NCBI GenBank assembly: GCA_963718665.1
Contig: OY970359.1
Span: 2,144,001-2,208,000, forward strand
Direction: 5' to 3'
DNA length: 64,000 nt
Origin: an uncultured Phycisphaerales bacterium
GTDB lineage: Bacteria > Planctomycetota > Phycisphaerae > Sedimentisphaerales > Anaerobacaceae
Position numbers and translations under genes: made by a program. The notes below the pieces were generated by a model that was given only the letters and a program-made list of their open reading frames with translations, ran no database searches and was not told the DNA's origin. Positions 40,466 to 50,187 of the stretch are shown one piece after another; position 1 is the first letter of the stretch, and the number at the start of each line of letters is the position of its first letter.

Positions 40466-41686
40466 ATGAGCAGTGAATTTAACAGAAGGAATTTCTTGAA
40501 AACAATCGGAGTGGCGGGTTTAGGTTCTGTTTTGGTATCTAAGGTAAAGGCCGATTCGAATGAACCAAATGCCGCGGGCGAAAAACAGCAGGGCGAAACC
40601 CCACAGGTCCCCACTCGCAAGTTCGGTAAGTCGGGACCTGATGTGTCGGCGTTGTCTCTCGGAGCAATACAACTCATCGATAACCAGGTTATTCTCACAA
40701 GTTCACTGAAATGGGGCGTTACTTACTGGGATACCGCTTATGGCTATACCAACGGCAACAGCGAGCTGTGTATTGGCAAGTTACTGGCTACCAGACCTGA
40801 AATGCGAAAGAAACTGTTTATCGCTACCAAGGCCTCTCACGCCCAAGGTGCGGAGCAGGTTGAAGGCCGACTACAGGAATCGCTCAAAAGAATGAATACC
40901 GATTACGTCGATGTCTTATACGGCGTTCATGGTTTGAATGATATTTCGCAGCTTACCGAAGACCTCAAGCCCTGGGTGGAAAACGCAAAGAAAAAGGGTC
41001 TGATAAAATACTTCGGCTTCAGCACGCACACCAATATGGCGAGAAATTTGTTCGAGGCGTCAAAACTCGGCTGGGTTGATGCCATTTTGACGACGTATAA
41101 CTTCCGTCTTACTAAAGACCCAATGATGCAAAAGGCAATCGATGCCTGTCACAAAGCGGGAATAGCGCTTACTGCAATGAAGACCCAGAAGGGCGTAAAC
41201 GTCGAGACCGACGAGGACAAGAAATTGATTGAGCATTTCTCATCGAAGGGTTTCACCGAGGGCCAGGCGAAAATAAAGGCTGTTATGGAAGATGAGAGAA
41301 TTGCCGCTGTTACAGTCGGTATGAACAGCGTTGCCCTCATCAATGAAAACGTCGCGGCGATGCTCGACAAGACAAAACTGGCGCAGGACGACAAAGATGC
41401 TCTTGCCGAATACGCAAGCGCAACCTGCAGCGGTTATTGTGCCGGCTGTGCCAATATCTGCGACGCTGCCATTGCCGGCGTGTCAAATATCAATGACGTC
41501 ATGCGGTCGCTTATGTATCACAACAGTTATGGTGACACACAACTGGCGAAACAAACGTTCGCCGCTATACCAGCCGATGTGAGGTCGAGGTTGGTTACGG
41601 CCGATTATCGGCTCGCGGAACAGCGTTGCCCGCAGCGTATGCCGATTGCCCGGCTTGTCCGGCAGGCAGTCGAAAAACTTGCCTGA
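40466..41686 (+). CDS. Aldo/keto reductase with Tat signal and C-terminal Fe-S motif
   Basis: NRRNFLK, WDTAYGY, ESLKRMNTDYVD, GFSTH, CAGC..IC...CP. Confidence 0.88.
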   Translation: MSSEFNRRNFLKTIGVAGLGSVLVSKVKADSNEPNAAGEKQQGETPQVPTRKFGKSGPDVSALSLGAIQLIDNQVILTSSLKWGVTYWDTAYGYTNGNSELCIGKLLATRPEMRKKLFIATKASHAQGAEQVEGRLQESLKRMNTDYVDVLYGVHGLNDISQLTEDLKPWVENAKKKGLIKYFGFSTHTNMARNLFEASKLGWVDAILTTYNFRLTKDPMMQKAIDACHKAGIALTAMKTQKGVNVETDEDKKLIEHFSSKGFTEGQAKIKAVMEDERIAAVTVGMNSVALINENVAAMLDKTKLAQDDKDALAEYASATCSGYCAGCANICDAAIAGVSNINDVMRSLMYHNSYGDTQLAKQTFAAIPADVRSRLVTADYRLAEQRCPQRMPIARLVRQAVEKLA

Positions 41687-41712
41687 TTAGCTACTTACGC
41701 GAGGAAAATTGA

Positions 41713-41837
41713 ATGAGTGAAGTCAGCAGACGCGCGACAAAATACTCACGGTTGATTACGCCGCGGCTGAGTCGCGGTACCCGCAGCGATTACCTGTCGC
41801 TATGCTTATGAATCAGGCGGTCCGCACGCTTGCCTGA
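41713..41837 (+). pseudogene. Internally deleted tandem paralog of the aldo/keto reductase
   Basis: GAGG SD, MSEVSRR joined out of frame to RDKILTVDYAAAESRYPQRLPVAMLMNQAVRTLA*, homologous to the upstream AKR C-terminus. Confidence 0.75.
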
Positions 41838-41989
41838 TTAGTAAAAACGCTGATTTTGGGCTGTTTAGTACCCACGGGTATCTGAAAAAATCTTGCCACT
41901 CGTCAAGCCGTAACCCCCTTTTAATACAGCACTTACGACTGGTCATCCATTTTTTATTTGGTTCTGATTGTCCCTTGGGTTACAATACA

Positions 41990-42192
41990 ACAGTAGAGAG
42001 GTAGTGGTGTTAAAGTTTTGGCTTCGGCGAAGTTGGTGTGATGAGAAGGTTTTATTACAACGTATGGTATCCTTTCACGGTTAATAAGAGAAGGATACTT
42101 ATTCTTACAATCGCGACGTATATTGCTTTGTGTTAAAAAAGTTAAAACCTTTTCGGCTTTTCTCCGACCGCTCTTGTTGGGCGGTTTTTTTA
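41990..42192 (+). ncRNA. Candidate structured small RNA (~200 nt)
   Basis: TACAAT -10 just upstream, nested stems, terminator ACCGCTC-ttgtt-GGGCGGT followed by T-tract; no credible ORF. Confidence 0.3.
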
Positions 42193-42291
42193 TGTGCTCA
42201 TTTCTCCATTTCTCAAAGATTGACACTTCGCGGCTCCCGATTTAAGCTTATCTGCCTGAGAACCATTAGTTAAACTGGAAAGGGATTGCCA

Positions 42292-43269
42292 ATGATAATC
42301 GTAACCGGCGGGGCGGGCTTTATCGGTTCAGCGTTAATCGCGGCTTTGAATAAACGCGGCATCGACGACATCCTCGTTGTTGACCGGCTCGGTAGCGACC
42401 AGCGGTGGAAGAACCTCGTCAACCTGCGCTTTGCCGACTACTTGGATAAAGACGAATTCTTCGAAATGGTAACCGAGGACGTTGTCAGCTTCTCCGCGGA
42501 CGCTGTTTTTCACCTCGGCGCCTGCTCATCGACCACCGAGACAGACGCATCATTCTTTATGGAGAACAATTTCGAATACACCAAGCAACTTGCCCAGTGG
42601 ACTACCGAAGAGGGAATTCGATTCATTTACGCCTCCAGCGCCGCCACATACGGCGACGGCGAAAACGGTTTTGCCGACGACGAAGATAAAATCGAAACGC
42701 TTAAACCCCTCAACCCTTATGGCTATTCGAAGCAGTTATTTGACCTCTGGGCAAAGAGGAACGGGCTGCTTGGAAGAATCGTGGGGCTAAAATACTTCAA
42801 CGTCTTCGGGCCAAACGAATATCACAAGGCCGATATGCGTAGTTTTGTTCTAAAGGCCTTCGAGCAGATAAACGCTACCGGCAAAGTGCGTCTCTTCAAA
42901 TCTCACAGGCCCGATTACAAGGACGGCGAGCAGAAACGCGACTTCCTCTACGTCAAAGACGCGGTTGATATGACGCTTTTCTTTTATGATAACCCTGACA
43001 CATTCGGCATATACAATCTTGGCGCAGGTGTCGCTCGTTCCTGGAATGATTTGGCAAAGGCAGTGTTTGCTGCAATGGGCAAATCGCCGAATATCGAATA
43101 TATCGATATGCCCGACTCGGTCCGCAATCAGTACCAGTATTTCACAGAAGCCGACATTACAAAGCTCCGCAACATCGGCTACGAAAAAGAAATCACCTCT
43201 TTTGAAGAATCCGTTAGGGATTATGTTACACAATATCTTGCGCAGGGCGCATACCTGAGCGGGACGTAA
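42292..43269 (+). CDS. hldD: ADP-L-glycero-D-manno-heptose 6-epimerase
   Basis: IIVTGGAGFIGS, HLGACSSTTE, YASSAATYG, YGYSK, YFNVFGPNEYHK, YQYFTEAD. Confidence 0.95.
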   Translation: MIIVTGGAGFIGSALIAALNKRGIDDILVVDRLGSDQRWKNLVNLRFADYLDKDEFFEMVTEDVVSFSADAVFHLGACSSTTETDASFFMENNFEYTKQLAQWTTEEGIRFIYASSAATYGDGENGFADDEDKIETLKPLNPYGYSKQLFDLWAKRNGLLGRIVGLKYFNVFGPNEYHKADMRSFVLKAFEQINATGKVRLFKSHRPDYKDGEQKRDFLYVKDAVDMTLFFYDNPDTFGIYNLGAGVARSWNDLAKAVFAAMGKSPNIEYIDMPDSVRNQYQYFTEADITKLRNIGYEKEITSFEESVRDYVTQYLAQGAYLSGT

Positions 43270-43421
43270 ATTATATGCCGTTTACGCCGTATTATTTTTT
43301 AAGTTAGTTCGGGCATTGTGAGTCGGCTGGCGTTGTGATTTAGAACAGATTCTGGTAGAATATAAGAGATAATTGGCAGTCATATTAATATTCAAAGGCC
43401 AATAATAAATTGGAAATAGTT

Positions 43422-44414
43422 ATGGCTTTTCCCAATAACAGGATGCGTCGGCTGAGAACAATGGATTCAATGCGTCGGCTGGTTCGCGAAACAACCGTCG
43501 CCGTCGATAATCTCGTTTATCCGCTTTTTGTCCGCAAAGGCAATCGTCTCAAAGAGCCAATCGAGTCAATGGCCGATTGTTTTCACTTCTCGCCCGATAC
43601 TATTGTCAAAGAAGCCGAAGGAGTCGCCAAGCTCTGCATCCCTGCGATTTTGCTTTTCGGCTTGCCTGATAAAAAAGACAAAACCGGCTCCGAGGCCTGG
43701 TCGGAAGATGGCGCGGTGCAGTCGGCTATTCGCCAAATCAAAAAAGCCGTCCCCCAACTCGTTGTCATTACCGATGTCTGCCTGTGTGCCTACACAAACA
43801 CCGGCCATTGCGGCGTTATAAAAGATGGTAAGGTCGATAACGATTCGACAATAGAATTGCTCGCCAAAGTTGCGTTATCACATGCGCAGGCCGGAGCGGA
43901 TATGGTTGCCCCTTCGGATATGATGGATGGCCGGGTCAGGGCGATTCGCGATTGTCTCGAAAAAAACGGCTTTCCCGATGTCGCGATTATGTCTTACGCC
44001 GCAAAATTCGCCTCCGCTTTTTACGGCCCGTTCAGGGATGCCGCCGAATCCGCCCCCGATGTTTCAACAGGTCTTACTGATAGAAAGACCTACCAGATGG
44101 ACCCCGCAAATGCCCGCCAGGCCCTTGCCGAGATTGCTCTCGATATCGAAGAAGGCGCAGACATTGTTATGGTCAAGCCCGCCTTGCCGTATCTCGATAT
44201 AATTTACCGTGCCCGTCAGCGTTTCGATTGCCCAATCGCCGCCTACAACGTTTCAGGCGAATACATGATGATTCACGCCTCCGCTTCCGCCGGCCACATC
44301 GATAAAGGTGCCGCGATAATAGAATCCCTGACGAGCATCAAACGTGCCGGCGCGGACATCATTATTACCTATTTTGCCAAACAGGCCGCGAAAATTTTAT
44401 CACTCCCACACTGA
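43422..44414 (+). CDS. hemB: Porphobilinogen synthase
   Basis: [43 protein letters not shown]. Confidence 0.97.
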   Translation: MAFPNNRMRRLRTMDSMRRLVRETTVAVDNLVYPLFVRKGNRLKEPIESMADCFHFSPDTIVKEAEGVAKLCIPAILLFGLPDKKDKTGSEAWSEDGAVQSAIRQIKKAVPQLVVITDVCLCAYTNTGHCGVIKDGKVDNDSTIELLAKVALSHAQAGADMVAPSDMMDGRVRAIRDCLEKNGFPDVAIMSYAAKFASAFYGPFRDAAESAPDVSTGLTDRKTYQMDPANARQALAEIALDIEEGADIVMVKPALPYLDIIYRARQRFDCPIAAYNVSGEYMMIHASASAGHIDKGAAIIESLTSIKRAGADIIITYFAKQAAKILSLPH

Positions 44415-44422
44415 TAAATCGT

Positions 44423-46576
44423 TCAGCCCGCCTTTTTGCCCGTAACCACCTGAGAACCCCTTGGGTTCTTCAACTCTCCGGTAAGTTTCGAGCCGTCCAG
44501 TTTGCCTTCGAAGTCCATCTCGAATCTCATCCTGCCGAATTCAGGCGCAATCTTGAAAGTAACTTTATCACCTTCGAGAGTAATCTTATCGATAGACGTA
44601 ACGCCGTACATGCCGCTCATATCCGGGTTGACCTTCAGTCGTTGCTTGGAATTACCCCACGGGGCGGTGACGTCGATAATCCAGGTGCCGATAAGTTCCT
44701 CGCCGATTCGTTTACCTACAGCCGGCATTTCGTTGCCTTCCGCCTTACACACGCCCACAAGCGTATCCGTATTCGGCTCGACAGTTCCCTCAAAGCTGCA
44801 TACATTCTCGGCGTCCTGAACTTTGGTGGTGCTCTTGAAGGTCAGCTTATTTGCTTCGCATTTTACGTCCGTAATCTTACGGTCACCCTCTATTTTTTGC
44901 CATTCAGCGGATAACGAGCCGTCTTTGGCTGCGTTAATATCGAGTATCGCGGAGGTTTCACCGCCTGTTGTCTTGAACTTCATATCCCACATTCCGACTG
45001 CTAAAGGCATCATTGGCCTGCGGGCGCCTTCCATTTTGGATTTCATTCCGCCGTGGGTCAGTGTGCCCGTAAGCTTGTTGCCTTCAATTGTGCCGGTAAA
45101 ATATCCCTTGAAGGTCTCTTTGGGGAATTGGACGGTTTGTGTGAAAGTAACCGCATTGTCCTTAAATCTTACATCTTCCAGTTCGGTGAAACCTCTGGAA
45201 TTTATCCACTGCCCGATTAACTTACCTTCACTGTTTCCGGCAAAAGATATGATTGAGCTGCTGCCCATCCGGTCGCACGGGTCGGCCTTAATAAGCCAGT
45301 CGCCGTATAATTCCTTTCCGCCAATACGTGCCGATTCCGGCAGCGTAGAAGCCAATGCCTGAGCAAGTTTGGTGAGGTCTGGCGGCGTATATTTGGGCAA
45401 TTTGCCGGTAACAAGCAGTTCCTTCACATAAACGCCAAAATCCGGCGTCGGCATATAATTCCAGTCCGATATCAATGTCGGCCCCGCCGTTGTATGTAAG
45501 TCCCATGCCGTGAACGACCAGTTATGGTCTTGGACTGCCTGAAGCAGGTGGAGCAGCCAGTCATCACCCATAGCGGTCGAAGGACTTTGTCCCCACCATC
45601 CCGCTCTTCTGTTCGGGCCGCCGGAGCCGCCGAATTCGGAGATGATAACGGGGAATTTGGCGGTGGCCTCTTCCATGTTGGTTATCCAGGTAAATATGCT
45701 CTGGCTCTTGTTGTCGTAAACGTGATTGGCGTAGATAACACCGTTTCCTTTCGGGTCCTTAAGCTGTTTGCCCGCGAGGATGCCGTTGAAATCGAATGCC
45801 CAATCCAGGCCGCCCGCGACAATGACATTTTTAGCACCGGCAGCTCGTATGGTATCCAGCATTTCCTGCATTCCCACGGCTTCGTATTTTTTGGCCTGCA
45901 TTCCGGGTCTGTTAGGTCGGCTCGTAACCGTTCCGCCGTTTAGCCAGACATCCCAGGTAACATCATGCGGCTCATTGTAAAGGTCAAAAAGAACCGAAGG
46001 ATTATTCGCATAGAGGGAAGCAATATCTTTCCAGAATATTAAGCTGTTGCGGTCCGGCATCGATTGCTGGCCGATATTCTTGCCCCATTCGTTGGCGTCC
46101 GACCAGTGCAAATCCAGAAGGATATAGCAGCCCTTAGAATTGCAGAGGTCAACCGCTTCCTTGACCAGGGCACGATATGGTTTGTAGTCGTCATTCTGGT
46201 CTGGAGCTTTGCCGAACCAGCGGTCTTGCGACAACGGCAGGCGAATGATATTGACGTGCCAGTCATCGATTGCCACTCGTATTGTCTCAATGATATGGCC
46301 ATCGCCATCGCTGGTGAATTCGAGGCCGGACGTGTTTACGCCTCGAAGTGTAACGGGCTGGTCTTTGCCGTTGAGGATTTGATTTCCTTTTATCTTCAGA
46401 GGCAATGGCATTCCCGCTTTGGTCTGGGAGGATGAGGATTTGGCCTGCCCTGAGCTTGCCGAAGTGGCCTTGCTATCAGTGCTGTTTTCTTTACTTGCAC
46501 CGTCAGCGGCAGCTACAGCTAAAAACAGTACGGCCAAAGCTAACACCATTGATTTGAACACTATCCTCAATCGCAT
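44423..46576 (-). CDS. Secreted glycoside hydrolase family 5 with repeated C-terminal beta modules
   Basis: Signal peptide, LRGVN, IRLP, LDLHW, YNEP acid/base, H.Y, ISEFG nucleophile, AW. Confidence 0.85.
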   Translation of the reverse strand: MRLRIVFKSMVLALAVLFLAVAAADGASKENSTDSKATSASSGQAKSSSSQTKAGMPLPLKIKGNQILNGKDQPVTLRGVNTSGLEFTSDGDGHIIETIRVAIDDWHVNIIRLPLSQDRWFGKAPDQNDDYKPYRALVKEAVDLCNSKGCYILLDLHWSDANEWGKNIGQQSMPDRNSLIFWKDIASLYANNPSVLFDLYNEPHDVTWDVWLNGGTVTSRPNRPGMQAKKYEAVGMQEMLDTIRAAGAKNVIVAGGLDWAFDFNGILAGKQLKDPKGNGVIYANHVYDNKSQSIFTWITNMEEATAKFPVIISEFGGSGGPNRRAGWWGQSPSTAMGDDWLLHLLQAVQDHNWSFTAWDLHTTAGPTLISDWNYMPTPDFGVYVKELLVTGKLPKYTPPDLTKLAQALASTLPESARIGGKELYGDWLIKADPCDRMGSSSIISFAGNSEGKLIGQWINSRGFTELEDVRFKDNAVTFTQTVQFPKETFKGYFTGTIEGNKLTGTLTHGGMKSKMEGARRPMMPLAVGMWDMKFKTTGGETSAILDINAAKDGSLSAEWQKIEGDRKITDVKCEANKLTFKSTTKVQDAENVCSFEGTVEPNTDTLVGVCKAEGNEMPAVGKRIGEELIGTWIIDVTAPWGNSKQRLKVNPDMSGMYGVTSIDKITLEGDKVTFKIAPEFGRMRFEMDFEGKLDGSKLTGELKNPRGSQVVTGKKAG

Positions 46577-46902
46577 TTTGGGTCTCCTTATTTTAGTGTC
46601 TTTTGCCCTGCGTCTTGTGTTTTTTGTCTTATATCCTAAACTTCGACGTAATCATACCGTCTTTTATTGCGGCTGTCTCTATAATTGTAGCGTACAACAT
46701 ACAACGTGTAAGCCCTGTCTCGCGGAGGTCTGTTTCGTCCGCGAGGCGAGTGGGGGTGAGTTTGAGGAGTCAGGCGAGGAGACGCTGATTAATTTTGATA
46801 TTCTTCTGCGGCCGGTTGATAGTTGAGCAGTGGAAAGTTGACCGCCCCCGTTGCTGTCTTGCGACAGCAAGGCACGGGGGATCTGTTTTGCCAAAGGCAA
46901 AA

Positions 46903-46992
46903 CGGAGAGGCCGGGATTCGAACCCGGGGAACGGGTTTACCCCGTTCGACGGTTTAGCAAACCGTTACCTTCAGCCACTCGGTCACCTCTCC
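46903..46992 (-). tRNA. tRNA-Ser(GCT), CCA not encoded
   Basis: GGAGAGG acceptor stem, ACGGT-ttGCTaa-ACCGT anticodon arm, long variable arm, GGTTCGAATCC T-loop. Confidence 0.97.
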
Positions 46993-47414
46993 GAGACAGC
47001 AAATTAGTTTAGTGATTGAACCGATTTAATGCAAGCACATAAAAAGAACCGGCCGGCGACAAAATTGCCGGCTGTTTTGTTTGTGAGCTTGTGTATCTGG
47101 GCCGGTTGTTCTGTTAAGAACCTTGTAATGATGGATAAAACTCATTGGCAATAATCACACTTGCTGTAATTTCAAGACGGTTGCGGGCAGCCGATTTGGT
47201 GTAAACCGGGAATAGTCGTCGTACCTGTTTTTTCATCGGATCGGAAATGCAGGATACAAAAGTGTTGCTAATTCTATAAACATAAGTTATACTCATAGCG
47301 CATTATTGTAGAAAAATAGTTCAAAAACCGCTTAATAGCGTTATAAGGGGTTGTGGAAAAGCAAAAACCGGGAAAAATGTGGTATAAGAAAAGCTAATAC
47401 ACAAGAAAAGCGTT

Positions 47415-47831
47415 ATGAATAATCGAACCTTAAAAATGTATGTTTTTTATTGCTCAAACAGTATCGAGCCGGAACAAATGGCCGGGGGCATCAGCAAACT
47501 GGATGGGGTTACAGTCAAGACGATAAGTTTGCCGTGTTCCGGGAAAATTGACATCCCATATTTGGTAAAAGCGTTTGAAACCGGCGCGGATGGTGCTGTA
47601 ATCGTTACCTGCAAACAAAATGAGTGTCAGCACCTGGAAGGGAATTTACGGGCCAATAAACGAGCCGAGGCCGTCGAGTCGCTGCTGGAAGAGATTGGAA
47701 TGGGTAAAGGGCGAATGGCGGTAATTGTGTTGAAGGAAGGCGGCGTCGAACAGGCCCTTGGCGAAATCAGGGATTTTATTGACAGGGTAAGAAATTTACC
47801 TCAGCCCCAAAAGAGCGCTACGCACGTATAA
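47415..47831 (+). CDS. mvhD: MvhD/FlxD-type [2Fe-2S] subunit (copy 1, divergent)
   Basis: FYC, LPCSGK, KAFETGADG, C....C.H.EGN, LEEIG...R. Confidence 0.85.
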   Translation: MNNRTLKMYVFYCSNSIEPEQMAGGISKLDGVTVKTISLPCSGKIDIPYLVKAFETGADGAVIVTCKQNECQHLEGNLRANKRAEAVESLLEEIGMGKGRMAVIVLKEGGVEQALGEIRDFIDRVRNLPQPQKSATHV

Positions 47832-47850
47832 GAAGGAGAAGATAAGTTGT

Positions 47851-48756
47851 ATGAAAATCGACAGTAAACTCGCGAATACAATAGCGAAGGGGAATTTTAT
47901 AGTCACCGCGGAGATTTTGCCCGGTGCAGGCGGAGACGGTTCAGCAGCCGAAGCAGCATTGAAGGCGCTGGGCAAGGGGCTTGTGGCGATAAACGTGGCG
48001 GACAACTGCCATAATATAGGTATGTCTTCCATTGCGGCATCGGTCGCGGTGCTCAAATCAGGCGCCGAGCCGATTTGCCAGATTGTTACGCGAGACAGGA
48101 ATCGTATTGCGTTGCAATCCGATTTGTTAGGGGCGGCGTATTTAGGAATAAAGAACGTGCTTTGCCTGTCCGGTTATCATCAGACGCTGTCGGCGTGTCC
48201 GGAATCGGCAAACGTTTACGATATCGATTCCACCCAGTTCATAGAAATGGCGACGGATATGTCCGAGAAGGGCGTTCTTGCCGACGGCTCAAAGATTGAA
48301 GGGCAATTTTCAATGCTCATCGGGGCGGTTGCCAACCCGTTCCTGAAGCCGGTGGAATTAAATATGCTAAGGATGCAAAAGAAAGTCGAAGCCGGCGCAA
48401 GATTTATTCAGACCAGCGCCGTATTCGATATTGAGACATTTAGCCAGTGGTTAAACGCGGCGATAAGCGATGGAATCACCGCCAAGGCCGCAATTTTAGG
48501 CGGTGTTTTGCCTTTGGATTGTGCTGCTGAAGCGGAAAGATTACGGAATACATATACGGATTATTCAATTCCGGACAGTGTGATTGAGCGGCTCAAAAAA
48601 GCCGGCAACGAAGCGGCACAGAAGAAAGAAGGATTGAATATCTGCATCGAGACAATCGGGAAGCTTAAAAAAATGAAAGGCCTCAGAGGTATCCATATAT
48701 ATTGCGGCTGCAAAGGAAAAGTGTCGCCGGAAGTTGTCGCAGCGGCCTTGTCATAA
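47851..48756 (+). CDS. metF: Methylenetetrahydrofolate reductase-like flavoprotein (MetF, atypical active site)
   Basis: VTAE.LP, NVADN, RDRNRIALQSDLLGA, KKVEAGARFIQT, RGIHI. Confidence 0.85.
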   Translation: MKIDSKLANTIAKGNFIVTAEILPGAGGDGSAAEAALKALGKGLVAINVADNCHNIGMSSIAASVAVLKSGAEPICQIVTRDRNRIALQSDLLGAAYLGIKNVLCLSGYHQTLSACPESANVYDIDSTQFIEMATDMSEKGVLADGSKIEGQFSMLIGAVANPFLKPVELNMLRMQKKVEAGARFIQTSAVFDIETFSQWLNAAISDGITAKAAILGGVLPLDCAAEAERLRNTYTDYSIPDSVIERLKKAGNEAAQKKEGLNICIETIGKLKKMKGLRGIHIYCGCKGKVSPEVVAAALS

Positions 48757-48768
48757 CGGGAATCGAAT

Positions 48769-50187
48769 ATGCCTGAAAAATATCACATTAAAACACAACC
48801 TGTGCCGCCCATAAGCCCGCGAATCGGCAAATACGGAATGGTCGATTGGCGGGAAGATTGCGCACGATGTCATAACTGCGTCAAAAAGGCCTGCGTTTAC
48901 GACCGTTACAGGCAGGAAGCGGATTATATTCGCAATCTCAGTGACGTGAACGCCCTGTTCTTCGATTGTATGGGATGTTTTTCGTGCGTCCAGGACTGCA
49001 CAAAGGGCCTTTTGTGTATGTCCATCAATCCCGAATACCAGAAAATGGGAAACAGCTACTGGACTCCCGATATTATCAAAACTACCTGGCTTCAGGCGGA
49101 GACGGCGAAGATTCCGGTTTCCGGCGCGGGTTATCGCGGGCCGTTTTCGGGCAAAGGATTCGATTCGATGTGGACGGACATGTCCGAAATCGTTCGCCCC
49201 ACACGCGACGGGATACACGGACGTGAATACATCAGCACCTCGGTCGATATCGGAAGGAAACTGCCTTATCTCGCTTTCGGTTCGACAAAGCTCACCGCAG
49301 GTAACGGTAACAAGACCGGCGCAAACGCTTCGCCGTTAGTTTCGATTCCGATGCCGATGATAATAGATATGACCTCGCCTGTGCATACTTTGCCGCAGCT
49401 TAATTCGGTTATTGCTCAGACGGCTGTAAACACCGACATAATAGCGATTATTGATTTGCGTCAGTGGCAGGGAAATGACAAACAGCTCAAGAACATAGCT
49501 TTTTATCTTGCTGATGGTCAGGATATCCCGAAAGACACCCTTAAGAAAACCCGGCTGGTGGAAATAGCCGACAGCGGCAAGGTGATAGAACGCATCAAAG
49601 AAATAAAAAAGATACATCCGGGGATAGTCATTGCAATAAGAGTTGAGTTGACGGCGGCAGGAGTCGAGCGTGCGATAAAGCTCGCTGAATCCAAAGAAGT
49701 TGAAGTAATACATATCGTGGCGGACGCGAATGGCAATGAGATTGGCGCAAGCAAGCCGCGATTCATAAAGGATATGACTCGCCAGATTCACACGACCCTG
49801 ATAGAAAAAGGATGCAGGGATGAGATTACGCTTATGGCCGGGGGCGGGATAGCGCTGCCGGAGCATATGGCGAAAGAGATTATATGCGGCGCGGACCTGA
49901 TAACCATCAATCTGCCGCTTCTTATATCGCTTGAATGTCATCTGTGTAATAGCTGTAAGCCGGGGATGATATGTCCGGCCAAGCTGGAAAAAATTGATAT
50001 TAATTACGGCGTCGGCCGAATGACCAATCTTATCGCTGCCTGGCATGACCAGTTGGTAGAGGTTATGGGCGCGATGGGAATGCGTGAGGTTCGTCGTCTT
50101 AGGGGCGACGTCGGCCGCGCGATGTTCTTCGAGAATCTTGAGGAGGAAACCTTTGGCAAGTTTTTCGGTTCCAGAAAAAACAATTAA
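48769..50187 (+). CDS. Glutamate synthase FMN-subunit homolog with ferredoxin domain, degenerate
   Basis: N-terminal CxxCxxC ferredoxin, GFD, AGGGI...AKEIICGAD, CHLCNSC...CP, MG.REVRRLRG. Confidence 0.75.
   Translation: MPEKYHIKTQPVPPISPRIGKYGMVDWREDCARCHNCVKKACVYDRYRQEADYIRNLSDVNALFFDCMGCFSCVQDCTKGLLCMSINPEYQKMGNSYWTPDIIKTTWLQAETAKIPVSGAGYRGPFSGKGFDSMWTDMSEIVRPTRDGIHGREYISTSVDIGRKLPYLAFGSTKLTAGNGNKTGANASPLVSIPMPMIIDMTSPVHTLPQLNSVIAQTAVNTDIIAIIDLRQWQGNDKQLKNIAFYLADGQDIPKDTLKKTRLVEIADSGKVIERIKEIKKIHPGIVIAIRVELTAAGVERAIKLAESKEVEVIHIVADANGNEIGASKPRFIKDMTRQIHTTLIEKGCRDEITLMAGGGIALPEHMAKEIICGADLITINLPLLISLECHLCNSCKPGMICPAKLEKIDINYGVGRMTNLIAAWHDQLVEVMGAMGMREVRRLRGDVGRAMFFENLEEETFGKFFGSRKNN

Noticed and set aside
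46717..46900. Hairpins downstream of tRNA-Ser as an ncRNA
   Set aside because: Compatible with terminator or REP-like palindromes; no further support
46903..46992. tRNA-Ser as an island integration site
   Set aside because: I saw no duplicate of the tRNA 3' end and no integrase in the window
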